DNA of 56,779 nucleotides, filler included, from Sphacelaria rigidula (lineage: Eukaryota): assembly GCA_964200075.2 (NCBI GenBank). It is 7 parts of 7 records of this genome, joined end to end, with 100 filler letters (N's around TTAATTAATTAA, not from the genome) between each part and the next. Parts side by side here need not be neighbours in the genome. Positions count along the whole stretch, not along the records: positions 32,505 to 40,529 come from CAXNAA020012594.1; positions 40,630 to 48,654 come from CAXNAA020012595.1; positions 48,755 to 56,779 come from CAXNAA020012596.1; 4 more parts are not named here. One strand, written 5' to 3'. The notes below the pieces were generated by a model, which was not told the origin of the DNA, searched no databases, and saw only the letters and a list, made by a program, of their open reading frames with translations. Positions 38,740 through 51,316 of this stretch are shown here, one piece after another; positions within the stretch are counted from its first letter, which is position 1; every line of letters begins with the position of its first letter. Made by a program: the position numbers and the translations under genes.

Positions 38740-39480
38740 TCAGACAGCTGCTACCATCAATCGCTTGGGATACAGCAGCTCCTTGCTGGCTCAATTTGTT
38801 TGCTCCAACCTGCATGCGTCCGCCTTGGGTGTCTTCCCCGATTACATCATCCGACTACAACTGAAGTACCAGAGAAAACGCAACAGACAGCTGTACAGTC
38901 GTTACGTAATCGTTTCAACTTTGTGTACAGCACTTTGATCCCACCCCAATTCTGTGCAGACGGAAACATGGCATACAGCAGTACAGCTGCTCAGGCACTC
39001 TCCAGCGCACATTCCACCATGTTCGTCGTAGAGTGTTTAAAAATGCACAATAGCACAGCACAGCAACAACTACAGCGTAGAAATGATGGGTGCGGGAAGC
39101 GCCTTGTTCGTTTGACGGAAGACGAAACAGCCGACACACAACAGTGTGTGGACAGCACCGTGTGCCGACAAACATAAGTTTCCTTATTTTCTGTAAAGTC
39201 GAAGGCAGTGGCAGTAAGGCAACTGACGCAATCTCAGCGGAGACCAAACCGTCTTCACAAAGGTCCGAACGCACCACAGCGCAGTGACAGCTACAGCACA
39301 TGAAAGAGGGCGTGAGTGTGTTTGTGTTGCAGCGCGGTGAAACAGCACATGTCCCATGTGATCGTTAGTTCTTCCCCTCATTTCAGGCGGTTCTTAAGTG
39401 TTTGCCGAGTGCCGATTTCCAAACGCTCGGCCATGATCGCGCTTCGCGCGAAAATATTCACTTTGAGTTACCCCTATCTG
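38740..39480 (-). repeat. Second copy of the dispersed repeat at 25330-26269
   Basis: Long reverse-complement similarity, e.g. GGAGACCAAACCGTCTTC and CCATGATCGCGCTTCGCGCGAAA. Confidence 0.75.
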
Positions 39481-39875
39481 TGGGAGGGGAGCCAAAGTTC
39501 CAAGGCGGGTGCCGAGGAAGAGATGGATGGATTGATCCGTTGAACCTACGGGCTGGTGCGGGGGAATGGGAGGGGGGGGGAGGCGGGGAGGGGGGTGTTC
39601 TAGAAGCACGATATGAAAAAGTTGCTATTTTAATCATGCCTGCCTCTTTCGTAATTGTTTCTTCGTTTCTTCGTTTCTTCGAGATTTTTTTCGCTCAAGA
39701 CTGCTTCTTGGGTTCCCCTCGACACGAAGCGAGCCCCCCCCTAAAGGGAGAAACGCAAAACCGCACAACGAACCAGTTCATTAATCAACGCAGGGCTGAA
39801 TAAGGGCATGTTTTCTCACCGGAAAACGTACATGTGTTTATACGGCTCTTTTTTCTGTTTCACGTACTGAATCAG

Positions 39876-39999
39876 CGGTTCACGGGGTCTACTGGTGGAC
39901 CTGGTCGGGAGGGGCCACGAGGAGCGTCTGACATGGAGTGCCCCGCCCCTCGCAGTGTCATTATCCACCGCGTTCTTCGTAGCAGCGTTGGCTAGACAG
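39876..39999 (+). CDS. Vps39/Vam6-like exon (GSRGLLVDLVGRGHEERLTWSAPPLAVSLSTAFFVAALARQ)
   Basis: CAG/GTATTG boundaries, phase 2-0; GxxVDxxG...LxWSxxP motif of CNH domains. Confidence 0.72.
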
Positions 40000-40529
40000 G
40001 TATTGTGGGGGTAATTGTATCAGAGGTACCCATGGTTTGCTGCTGCTGTTGACACTTCGTACGGTACCCTCCCCCCCCAAAAAATGGTGTCTGGTTTGGG
40101 GTGGCAGTATCTTCACGTAAATCGAAACACAACGAGCAGCTGGGAATTTCCACGCTTGGGTTCGTTCTCGCCAATGTCGCCCATGTGAGACGCTTTCTGC
40201 AGCCTGAATCCAAACATCAGGCGCTGAATGGCCATTTTTGTCGTGACACTTCTGGGCTGTTTTTTCTTTTTTTTGGGGGGGGGGGAGGGGAGGGGGGGCT
40301 ATCGTAGAAAGTGTCTGTTGTTTGGTGTTGTTGGTGCTGGTGGTGCTGTTGCTGTTGTAGGTAACAGCGTCGTTCTTGCTGTTCCTGTTATTCTTGGTGG
40401 TTGTGGCGGTTGTGGTGGTGGCGATCATCGTTGCGCCTTCTCGAATGAAGAGTGTGGGGGGTGTACTCGTGATCATGTATGCCATAGTCATAGGATCATT
40501 GACCTCGCATCCCTACAAAGCCGGGACGG

Positions 40530-40629
40530 NNNNNNNNNNNNNNNNNNNNNNNNNNNNNNNNNNNNNNNNNNNNTTAATTAATTAANNNNNNNNNNNNNNN
40601 NNNNNNNNNNNNNNNNNNNNNNNNNNNNN
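40530..40629. other. Artificial contig-joining spacer
   Basis: N44-TTAATTAATTAA-N44. Confidence 0.97.
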
Positions 40630-42004
40630 TTGATCCACAGCAAGCTTGTTCGTTAAACCGTTGCTGCTTTCAACAATGATCTGACTCGAAATTTCGAGCA
40701 ACAAATGGTCCAAAATACCCCTCCCCCTATCGTAGGATGACTCTAATCAAGTCATTTGCTTTAACGAGCAGGTAACACGACACGCTTATGTGCATGCATG
40801 CCTTGTACAGCCCGTTGCGCCGCCTTCAAAACTGAAACCTTCACATAAATTACAAGTGTGAAGGTGTGTGACTACTGTACAAAGATACTGTACCGTGCTC
40901 TGCAGTGCAATCGTGCGCAGTATTCTGTCGCCTGTAGTCCAATACGGCGTGCATTGGGAACACAACACTAGATGCCCTGTCAATGCCGACATGATTGAAG
41001 GCATATCGTTTGGCGGGGCGATGTGGCGAAGCCAAACACAGTGCTGAGAAATACGCTCGTGCACTTGTCCCCATCTCTCCTGCGCTGCCGCAGGGGCGCA
41101 GCGGTTGCGCCAATATGGTTTGGTACGAGGATTATTCGGCGTAACTGGAGCTGTTGTATCTTTCGACGGTTGACTGGTGCCATTTTCGACTTTTACACTT
41201 TATTTTTGATTGTGAAGTTCTCGACCGTCGCTGCAAGCACCAACGTGAAACTTGGTGCACCAGTCGGGCACACCACATCCAGTGTAATTACCGAAGCACA
41301 GCCTCTTTCCTTCCCCAAGCAAGAACAAGAAACGGATTCCGATTTTAGGCAATTGGCTGTATGCCCTCAAAACGGCCATCTCACGGCCGAGATTCTGTGC
41401 ACCGTGAGTGAATGCATATGTGGACATGGTAGCGCACTCACTTCCGCATCATGACCACCTGGGAGGCTGCCGTGCTCGCAAACAAACACAGATCCATTCT
41501 GGCCCCGCCTCTGAATGACAAAAATCTATAGAAAAACCATTCCGGCATCGACTGTAGAGATGCTCAGATCAGGAGCCACGGTCGTGCGTGCGCTGTCGTC
41601 GCTACTATGTGCTGAAACTTCGCTAACATCTCATGTAGACCACAATCAAGTTCATGCGTCTAGAGCTAGGGTTGGGCGTTGCAGCAGTGCGCGAGGGGAT
41701 TCAAGGAGCTCCACTTATGTTCCGAAATAATATTGTTTTTCGCGCAAGACTGATTCACCCTCTTGGAACCGGCGATCGAAACATAATCATTTACAATTGA
41801 CGTATTCTTGGGCAAGATATGGTTGTTTTCCGCAAGTGTTGATGATGCAGCTCACCAAAACGGTACAGTACTCTAATTTCAAGTATACTCATGAGAAAGG
41901 TTCGTTCGTGCACCGAACTCGAAGTAAATTTTTCACGGCAACGAAAGCTCGCATATGGGAGTTTGTAATGTAACGCATACGAGACTGTTCTTTCGCCGCA
42001 TCTT

Positions 42005-42535
42005 TCAGCGAAAATGGCGTGCACGCCAACGAGGATATCTAAGGGTGAAGGGGTTTCCGCGTCTGAGGGAAGATATCACGTGAGCCGCCATCGTCTGGAG
42101 AAGCTGAGCCATCCGCACAGAAGAGGACAGGGTTACAAGGCATAGGAGCACGGTGTGTCCAAAGACCTTCAACAAGGGATGAACACGCTCCTGGGGTAAA
42201 CACAACGGTTGTCACGCAAGCCGTCTGGTTTTGCCAACGATTGTGGCTACTACAGTAAAATATAACACTTGCCGGGCAAGAACGACGAAAGTGAGCATCG
42301 AGGGTGGGCAGCGAGAATCGGGCCGTTACATTTCCGAACGGCGGGGGTGCGGTGAGGGCAACAGGCTCTATTTTAAAGACGCAGCTGGCATGCGCGGTGG
42401 TGCTGCGGTTTTAGCGTCTCCCAAGCCATAGAGGCTGGGCCAGTAAAGAGTGCCACATTTGCATCTCCAACCATAACTCCTCACGTTTACCAAATCAGCT
42501 CGACTTGAGCATATCGCTGTGAACTGCAGACCAAC
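42005..42535 (-). CDS. Candidate two-exon 3' end of an unknown gene (exons 42491-42535 and 42005-42190)
   Basis: CAG/GTAAAC and CAG sites join in frame: VGLQFTAICSSRADL|ERVHPLLKVFGHTVLL...RARHFR-stop; no recognised homology. Confidence 0.3.
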
Positions 42536-42560
42536 CTGGTAATGCACGGCACCGCCGCTG

Positions 42561-43131
42561 TGTCATGAGGAAGGAAGATAGAGAGGCGTTATTTGTTTCT
42601 TCAGACAGTGATGGGGCAGGTTGGCTCACAGATCACTCGATCCATCCATGGGAATGCTCCCATAGTTCTGCGGAAGGTTGATGTACAGGCTACGTTCTAG
42701 GGAAGATTGATGCACAGGCTGGTATATCCTAGCTGGGGAAGATTAGTGTGCAGGCTGACATGCCCTGGTCCCGAGGAGGCAAACGCCTTCTCGGGCCGAG
42801 TTCAGGTAGGTTGCGTTGCATGTACCCCATGCACCCTCGCACACTCTTGAGCTACCCTTCGAGCCGGACCATCTGCTCCTACTGTTTACCTTTGGTGAGA
42901 ACAGTGTGCTGGGCGATCGAGGGCATAATCAGTGAGAGTTAAAAGATATCACGCCTTTGAGCCCCCTTTGTTTGTTTGCTACTGTGACCAACAGTCACGT
43001 GAATCTGCACGTGTGTATTTGCAGCTCGTTTTACTCGGACACATTGCACCTTGTGCATCTTACAAGCTTGCAGTACATTGATCTATCAAGGAAGGTGCGT
43101 GGAGCCTGTGCACACGCCCATCCTCATCACA
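42561..43131 (+). repeat. Gypsy 5' LTR, 571 bp, TGTCATGAGG...CCTCATCACA
   Basis: 9/10-bp terminal inverted repeat, followed by C-TGGCGTTCGACG (PBS-like). Confidence 0.8.
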
Positions 43132-44404
43132 CTGGCGTTCGACGAATTGGCCGTGGCTTGCTTGGTTTTTCAGTAGCCCACGCGTTTTCTAGTAGCCTTG
43201 TCGCCTTGTCTAGCTGTCTCTTTCTGTGGCCCACGTTTGCTGCCCCTCACTTTCGGTCCACCTGTATTTTTTTCCCTAGTAAGTAGCAGTTTCAACAGCC
43301 CATCGCTTTCGTTTAGCTTTTAGAATGTTTTTTTTTTGCTGTACTACAGTGCTGTCTCCCTGCATTCCTTCAGTTGCATCTCCGCCGCGCAATTCCGCCG
43401 CAGCAGCAAGAATTGCAACCTGCCATTTGTCCCTCTCCTGCTTTGGTCGCTCCTTTTGCTGGGCACACTCTTGCTTTGCAGTGTCCTTGTTCTGTTGTCA
43501 TCGTCTTTCTCAACCTCGCCCAGCGCTGTGTCAGCTGGCTTGTTGTGCAATCTTGCGGATAGTTGACACTGTACCTTACTGAACCGTTACAGAACACGCC
43601 GCTTTAATCTTACGGCGGAAGCGACTGTACCTTTTCTCCTTGCAGGACGTTGACACTTGTGTGCCACTGCTGTGTTTATAGTGCGGTGTCCTTTTACTCT
43701 TGACACTGACTGCTTTAGTGTCTTCATACTTTTTCGGTGCGACAATTGCGTAGTCGCAACTGCCGCAGTAATAGTTGTGAAAGTAGCGACCGCCGCTCCA
43801 GCGTGCAGAGTACTGTAGTGAACACTATTTGTTCTTCCGCGCGATAACCTGCACCAACACAATTGATACATTTGGTGCTGTATGTCTCTCATCGCACCTC
43901 TCATCAGGTTTCCATCACACCTCCGCCCCGCTACCACATTTACAGCTGGGTGAGCACTACGTGGTCAACTTTTCCCCTTTGGGTCGTGCATTCCCCGACG
44001 CGCTCTTCATCTTTTGTGCGTATACTGGTGAATACATTTTTTTTAATCTTTCGCGCGGATACTACATACACAGTTTATTTTTCGTTTTGGCCTTGCACAG
44101 CGTGTTCCACTTTTCCCTCTTTGGTGCTCCTCTACCTGGATCGCTTCACGATTCCCTGATTTTTTGTTCAAAATTTCGTATCCCCCTGTAGTATTTTCAG
44201 CTTGGCGCCTGACCTGCACCAACACTTGGTGTTTCAGTCGGCTGCTACAGCTGTCTTCTCTTGGACCCCTGCTCTTGAGTTCACTGTTTCGCACCCTCGC
44301 TGCCGCACTCTTGATTATTTTTCTGTCTTGAATTTCACAGATATTTGCACATCGCCTCCCCTTTGGCAACGTTTTCTGCACTAGTATTGGTGTCTACCTT
44401 CGTG

Positions 44405-45298
44405 CTACGACGATGGAGCATCGTCGTCGGGCGGCAGTGTGTTGCGAGCTGTCCGCATGGCGGCGAAGAGGGCGGCGACGGCGGTCTCATAAGCAGAACG
44501 ACCGTCCCCGGCACCAACCGTGAGGTAAAGCACGATTCGTTCGATGGTTAGAGCGCCTGGGTCGTTTCGCGGCAGCTGTCCACCTTGTTGAAGAAAGGGG
44601 ACGATCACACTATTAACCGGCAGGGTGAGGGAGCTCCAAGCCTGCTCAGAGGCGCGAAGGACGTTGTTGCGGGTGTATTTTCCTGAGAGTCGGCGTAGCG
44701 TCCAACCGAGCCAAGCACATTCGCTGCCCTGCAGGCGCAGCTCGGGTGTAGCGGCGGGGGGCGCCGAAGCCCGAGGGACCTGCAGTGGTGCAGGCGGGGG
44801 GGGCGTCAGCGAAGCAGCAGAAGCCGCGGCAGCAGCGTGTAAGCACGAGGGCTGGCGGTCTGTTGTAGAGCCAGAAATGGCGGCGGAAGGTGCAGGCTCA
44901 GTCGGCGTTGTCCGGAGCAGAGAGAGGTGTCGCTCTTGTTTCAGGGAACGTAGGGCCGCGGTCGCAGTTTCTGTTGCAGTCGCGCACTGGCGCAAGCGGT
45001 GTTCATCGCGTCGTATCGAATCCCACATCTAGTCGAGCGCAGCGAGGCGTTCAGTGAGTGTACGTTGAACCGCCCGCTGGCGGCTGAGCGCCGAATCGAC
45101 GGCCTGGCGTTGGCGCGTTAGTCGTGCCGCGAGGAAATCCTGGATGAGACGGTGAGCAGCGTAGTCCGCCGTTTGGCGGGGTGAAGGTGGCGCCGGGGCC
45201 GTGGCCGGTTGAAAAGCCTGGTACTCAGCCAGAATTTGTTCTTGGTCCGCTCGTGCACCACGAAACCAGAGCGAACATTTCGGCGCCGCCACCACCAA
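44405..45298 (-). pseudogene. Antisense ORF inside the Gypsy element (~297 codons, one internal TAG); coiled-coil + Pro/Ala linker + unknown domain
   Basis: ORFs 45029-45298 and 44405-45028 share one frame and are separated only by the TAG at 45029-45031. Confidence 0.5.
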
Positions 45299-47928
45299 CT
45301 GTTCACCTCATCTCTGACAACACGCGCTCTCGGTCGACAGCTCGTGCAAATTCTTCGCGTGCTGTGGTTCCACCACGGCCGCCGGCCGGTTCTAGCAATG
45401 CGTCGCCGCCGCCGCCTCGTGCCCCCACGGGCCGTACCACGCCTACACAAACCGGCCGCGCGCTCAGTGTTGTACCAACACCGCCCGCGCCCCTTGTGCG
45501 CCCAACGCGCCGATCGCGTTCACCAGTTCGCGCTGACCCCACGCCGCCTTCTGGGAATCTCCCAGCACCTGCGCCACTGACTCGCGATACTCATGCGTCA
45601 GATCTGCTCCTGGATCAAGATGTTGACGTCGGCACCCCTGCTTCTTCACCTGTGCCACCCCCTCCTGAGCCATCATGTTTGGTTGGCTCTCCGGCTGAAG
45701 GACATGTTCGAGATTTTCTCGCTAGCTACTCTCACCGTGATTGGGCTCGCGACCGACAACAGGAACCGCTCTGCCGCGCGACATTGCGGTACTTACGGCT
45801 CAACTGCCCCACCCCTTTCCCGGCTGAGGTCCTGACCCCCGTGGGCACTCTACCCGCCCCCACCGCCTCTGAAGTGCTCGAGCTAGCACGAAAAAGTACC
45901 ATCTTCGCGACTGACGCCGACGTCCATTAGCTTGTTCGCCGACCCAAGTCCCATTTGGGCACGGCTGCCGCGGTAACAACTGCCACTTCGGCACTTATGC
46001 GTCATGACGCCCCAATTCGCATTTATATCCCTATCATGATGCGTCCGTGGGTCATGAAAGGCTGTCACTCTGATTTGTCCTTCCACTTAGGCGTCACGCG
46101 CACGTTAGCGCTCCTTGAACTTTTTTATTGGTGGATTGGCATGGGAGCATCCACGCGTTTTTGGGTCCGACGATGTTTCAAATGTCAGGCTCGCAAAACC
46201 TCTCGACAGACTGTGCGATGGCCGGTGATTTCCATGGAGCTTCCCAACGCTCCTGGTCACTTCGTATCGTTTGACTACTTCGGCCCTTTACCCCCAACTG
46301 ACCGTGGTAATACCTACATTCTACTTTTCACCGACCGCTTCAGCCGTCACGCGGCTATGTATGCTGTTACTGCTAGCGATTTCACTACTGCCGGCACAGC
46401 GGACATTCTCGTCCATGACTACATGAAGCACTATGGCTGCCCGAAATGGCTCCTCTCCAACAATGGTCAGCAATTTTTCTCCGAACTCTCGGATGCTTTG
46501 TACAAGCTCCTCGGCATTCGCGAAATTGCCACGAGCGCCTACCACCCTAACGGTAACGGTGGGACTGAACGTGTGAACCACACGATGGCTCAAATGCTAT
46601 CCATGGTCGTCAACGACCGACAAAATGATTGGGACCTTCATATCTTCCATGCCATGTTGTCTTACAACAATTCGGTTAACGTGGATACGGGCCTCTTGCC
46701 CAACGAGCTGCATCTTGGACGCTACCCTCGTCTGCCCATCACCGTTTTCGACAGACATACCTTCGATGGTCACCAAGGTCTGGAACAGGATCAGATGTCT
46801 TACCACGACCTCGCCAGGGCTCGTCAGCGCAAAGCTTTCACCTTGGTGCGCGAACAACACGCCATCAACGTCTCACGCCTTGAAAGATCCAATACCGCAC
46901 TCTACAACTTGATGCACAAACGCCCTACTTGGAAGATCGGCGATTGGGTCTGGATCTACAACAGTTTGTCCACCATCCGTCAAGGCGCTGACCGTACTGC
47001 CCAGGCAACAAGTCTTGAATAATGAAACTGTCCCTCAATTGGACGGGTCCGTGCAAGATTCTCATGGTCGGATCCTCGCCGACATCTCCTGACAGCAAGC
47101 CCGTTGGCGACAAACTTCTCTACCTCGATTTACCTCGTGACCTCCAGGGGCACGACGCTAAATCTCGCGTCTCTGTGCATCGTTGCAAGCCCTGCACGAA
47201 CCCGCATGACACCACGGACATGCCTCAATACCTGCCTGCAGGTCTCACCCGTGCTTAACAGCTACTCCACCAAATCTCCACCGTACCACGTTACCACCGA
47301 CGACGTGACTGACCAACCTCTCCGCTTGGCCGTGTCCCACATTTCTGGCCACCAAATCACTCGAGGTCCTGGCGGAAAAATTGCTGTCATGTATAAGACA
47401 CACTGGCAAGGTCTTCGGCGTGCGTCTTGGGAACGCGAGTCCGACCTTCAACTGCACCGTCGTGCTATCCTTCTCTACTGGACACAATCCCCACAGCAAC
47501 AGCTCGCTGACAACAAGAGATATCGCAACATGAGACGCGGTGCCGCAGCCCGCGAACTCCACCGCGACAAGGACCTACGTTTTGTAGCCGATAGTTACGA
47601 ACTCGTACCCACCAAACAATGGGACGAAAAGATTCGCGCAAAACAACAACCGCTCCCTAAAGGTGCCTACCTGTGCTATAAGGGCATCGATTACCTCTGG
47701 TGGCTAGGTCAGATCCACTCCGTCGATGCCCTCGCGGCCGACACGTACATCGTGCATTTTCTCGACGACCCTGGGCCCGTTCAGCTCAAGCTTCACCGCG
47801 ACTTATACACGACCAACCCCTCCGCACCCCGCGGTTCTTGGTGCTTACAACGCTTCAAGTCACATGGCCTACGCCGAGGCCTTCAGCGCAATATTGATCG
47901 TACAGACGACATCAATGCACCATCTTGA
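45181..47928 (+). pseudogene. Gypsy pol 3' portion: Pro-rich linker, HHCC zinc finger, DDE integrase core, chromodomain-like and Tudor-like C-terminus
   Basis: HSDLSFHLGVTRT...CFKCQ; SFDYFGP / LLSNNG / GGTERVN; KLSLNWTGP; YKTHWQG...SWERESDL; stop at 45928, frameshifts near 47020 and 47250. Confidence 0.88.
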
Positions 47929-48528
47929 GTACTATCTCTTTGCACTCCTTTTATCGCGATTTGTATCTCCCCTCCCAGTTTGGTTCTGGTACTTCCCTTG
48001 TCCTCACTCAGGTACGCTCTCCTCTTCACTGCTTCACCTACGATGGCTCTCCTATGGCGGCTCATCTCCGCCTTCATCGGCCCCTTCGACGACTTCCTCT
48101 GGACCCTCTTCGCCCCCTCCCATTGGCCTCTACGCTGCCACCACTTTGTCCGGCTGGCACTAGACCCTCTTCGGGTCCTTGAGTTTCTGTCTCCCTACTT
48201 GAGATTGCCACTGTGTCCTTCGCGAGGGTTCCCTTTGCTTTTTATCTAGCTAGCGCGTCAAAGCATTGTGTGCTTTTTCCGTCTGTTCGCTAGCTTGCAG
48301 TAGCATTGTGTGCTACTGCACAGTCAACCGCAATTGCGTAATTGCGCATTTTGGCGACCTTTGGTTTTTCTTGTTTGATGTGTGGGAGGATCGGGCACCG
48401 GGCTGGTCATTGCCCTCTTGTTTTTTTCGCGTTGTCTCCTCATGACTTGATGGGTGAGACAAGTCTCAATTTTAGTCGCTTTTAAGACTTCATCACAACT
48501 CAAATAGAGGTTCGTCTGGGTGGGTGAG

Positions 48529-48654
48529 TGTCATGAGGAAGGAAGATAGAGAGGCGTTATTTGTTTCTTCAGACAGTGATGGGGCAGGTTGGCTCACAGA
48601 TCACTCGATCCATCCATGGGAATGCTCCCATAGTTCTGCGGAAGGTTGATGTAC
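48529..48654 (+). repeat. Gypsy 3' LTR (partial)
   Basis: Identical by eye to 42561-42686 over 126 bp. Confidence 0.92.
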
Positions 48655-48754
48655 NNNNNNNNNNNNNNNNNNNNNNNNNNNNNNNNNNNNNNNNNNNNTT
48701 AATTAATTAANNNNNNNNNNNNNNNNNNNNNNNNNNNNNNNNNNNNNNNNNNNN
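48655..48754. other. Artificial contig-joining spacer
   Basis: N44-TTAATTAATTAA-N44. Confidence 0.97.
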
Positions 48755-49972
48755 GGGGGGCATCCTCATGTGTTGCTTGCCTTAGTCGTCTGACCATTGA
48801 CCATGCATCCCTTTCGAAACTTGAGTTCTTCACTTGTACTGGATAAAGTTAACCAAAAGGGCTTCACTCGACACTTGATCAAACACCGGGGTGGCGAGAT
48901 CTTCACGCCAGTTATATATTTATACTCAGTCGTCACTATCTGTATCCAACATGGATTGACATGGATAATAACTCACTTCGAAGCATACTTCCTGTAGATT
49001 ACGACGAGTACCACCCCCGGTATCTCGAAAACTCACCACCCGGGCGTGGCATTTCGAGAAGGGGGTGATTATATAGCGCATACACTTATACTGCGCGGTA
49101 GGTATTCCACATGGTGGCCTGAAATAGGTCGAAACTCATTGTCCGGGAGTTGATTTACAATACCAGTAGGGCGGTTGTTCCGCCTTGCACTGGTGTTGAC
49201 GTTAGCCTCTCTTTTGTTTTCTTCATCTCAGAGGGAGTCCAAAAAAGCGACACGAGTTTCCGAGATATTTTCTGCATTTTTACACACCGCTCGGAAATCG
49301 ACACGGATGCGGACGACTAAGCTCTCTGAATCCCGAAGCCAAGTGCCTCACGTCTTTCGGTTGCAATGCCAGGAGCCCTCATTTTTCGGTCACGCTACTT
49401 ACACAACCGACTTTTTTTCAAACCTCTTCTCCGTACAACACGAATTCTACTGCACCAATGAAAAGCAGTCCAGTGTTCTTCAGACGTCCATCACGGATCA
49501 CTCCTAGATAAAGCGGCCGAGACACTCATCGGGCAAAGGGGAGTCCACCCTACGTGCGCTGGTAAAACGCCATGCGATGTGCGCTGGAAGGCGCGGAGTC
49601 TTGGTCTTTCGAAAATACACCCCGTGAACGAATAGCCAAAGTAGCTTTGATTTTCCGCAAGATATTCTCTGGATCTGCTAGGGTTGGAAGTATATGTCTG
49701 CTCATACTATTAATAGTAAGATATGGTTAAGGTCAGAGTCATTTTTTTTTTTAACCGTCTCGTCGAAAACCTCCACGTCTGCGAAACCCGTAGCATTGAT
49801 ACCTGCTGCGCTGCTGCCACGCGCGCATCAGCCGCGGCTAAGCATTAGTTTCCATTAATTGCCGTAAACTCTGGCGGTGGAAAAATGAGGAAGACCCACA
49901 CGAGTAAAAATCAGTGAAAATTTGGCAGCCAGGGGTTTAGCGGAGCACAAAACATTCAAATATGTCCCTCAC

Positions 49973-50129
49973 CCTTGCAACCTTAGCCACCTTGGCCAAG
50001 GCAGAGCTGGGCAGATACGGCTTTCTAGCGTACACGAAGCCGCCGTCGTAGCTGCCCTGCAACGTGTGTCCCTTGTACTGGACAAAGACGAACTCTTGCC
50101 CTGGATCATTCGATTGTCCAGTGACGTAC
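49973..50129 (-). CDS. VDL: Violaxanthin de-epoxidase-like protein, exon (YVTGQSNDPGQEFVFVQYKGHTLQGSYDGGFVYARKPYLP...)
   Basis: CAG/GTGAGG boundaries; matches the VDE-family lipocalin segment WY...FVxYxG...YxGxFVYxR; later exons not found on this contig. Confidence 0.85.
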
Positions 50130-50580
50130 CTGTGGAGGATCGAACGCAACGTGGAATATGACCTTTAGTAGTTGCCTGGCCCGATCGTTTCTTCTGTGTT
50201 GACTGTTAGGCGTTTGATGTTACCCGCGAGTACCGCCATGTGGATTAGTAGTTTAACCTCCTTCCCATTCCCGTTCAAGTACACCGTTGACTGGAACGGA
50301 TGAAACTAAATTCTTCTGGAATTTCATGCCTCGCAGGGTACAAATATTTCTCACTTATTTTGGTATATGACGCAGGAGACACCAAACCACGCCTCTTTCG
50401 TTCACCAGAGCATATACGAGGAGCGTAATCATCAGGGTCCACGAGTCCTCAGATGCAACCCAAGAGTTCATCGTGTCTCCTGAATCTTTTCATTTCATAA
50501 AACGTCCGGCATAAATACTCGTACTTCGAGGCGGAATAGACGCACGAAAAACAGAGAAGGGATACACACACATCTCTCAC

Positions 50581-50654
50581 CAGTTCTCCTTGAAAGTAAG
50601 GCCAAATAGCTTCCCATCGGTGTGGAAAGTCCGAGGAGACCCGACAGGATCCAC
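50581..50654 (-). CDS. VDL: VDL exon (VDPVGSPRTFHTDGKLFGLTFKENW)
   Basis: AAG acceptor, GTGAGA donor; phase 0-2 links the two flanking exons exactly. Confidence 0.8.
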
Positions 50655-51316
50655 CTTGACACACAAGACACGACCAATCACCAAGAGCAATGAGCGCTAC
50701 GCTAAAAAAACGATACCGGCCTAGGCGTAATTCGTCAATCTAATGAACCTTTCCAAGCACATGTTTCCATCATCCGAAGATACCTAGATATCAACGTGTT
50801 GCTGATCTCGGAGCGAACCCAAGTTCCCTGCCGCACTCATTGGTTTCCAGGGCTAAAAATTAGATAATTTCCACACTTGACCGGACAGGGCCCGAACATA
50901 CTCTGCAGTCGACCGCAGAATCTGCAGCAGTGGCCGGTGGAATGAATATACTCTTAACGCAATCTGATTTGCAGCGCCCCCCTCTCTGCTCTCTTTTATT
51001 CGTTGTCTCACTAGATTCCGCCACTCCTCCGATTTTCACGTTCTCTAGTTACTATATTAGGTTACTTTTTCAGACTCGCGGTCAACTTTTCTTCCATCTC
51101 TTCCATACTAAAGATCCTGATCCCGAGTGTGGGATCAACACTCTGCACGCTCGAGTCAAACTCCGCTCAACATGTGTAACATTTCATCAGTAGCCAATGT
51201 TTTTGAACTGCGTGTTGCGACTCGAAACTTGGGCACAGAACGCACTGCTCACCCCCCCGCGCTTTAATGGGTCGTAGCCCAGCTCCGGGTAACCCGCATC
51301 TGCTTTTCAGTACCGA

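Larger units (their letters stand above)
42561..48654 (+). mobile_element. Ty3/Gypsy (chromodomain-type) LTR retrotransposon lacking gag/PR/RT/RH; 3' LTR cut by contig end
   Basis: Direct repeats starting TGTCATGAGG at 42561 and 48529; TGG PBS-like site after the 5' LTR; G-rich tract before the 3' LTR; Gypsy-type integrase inside. Confidence 0.9.

Noticed and set aside
47980..48249. Small env-like ORF downstream of pol
   Set aside because: Short, in a pyrimidine-rich 3' region, with no motif or conservation evidence
42561..50129. Gypsy element lying in a VDL intron, or any multi-gene cluster across the window
   Set aside because: The features are on different contigs joined artificially
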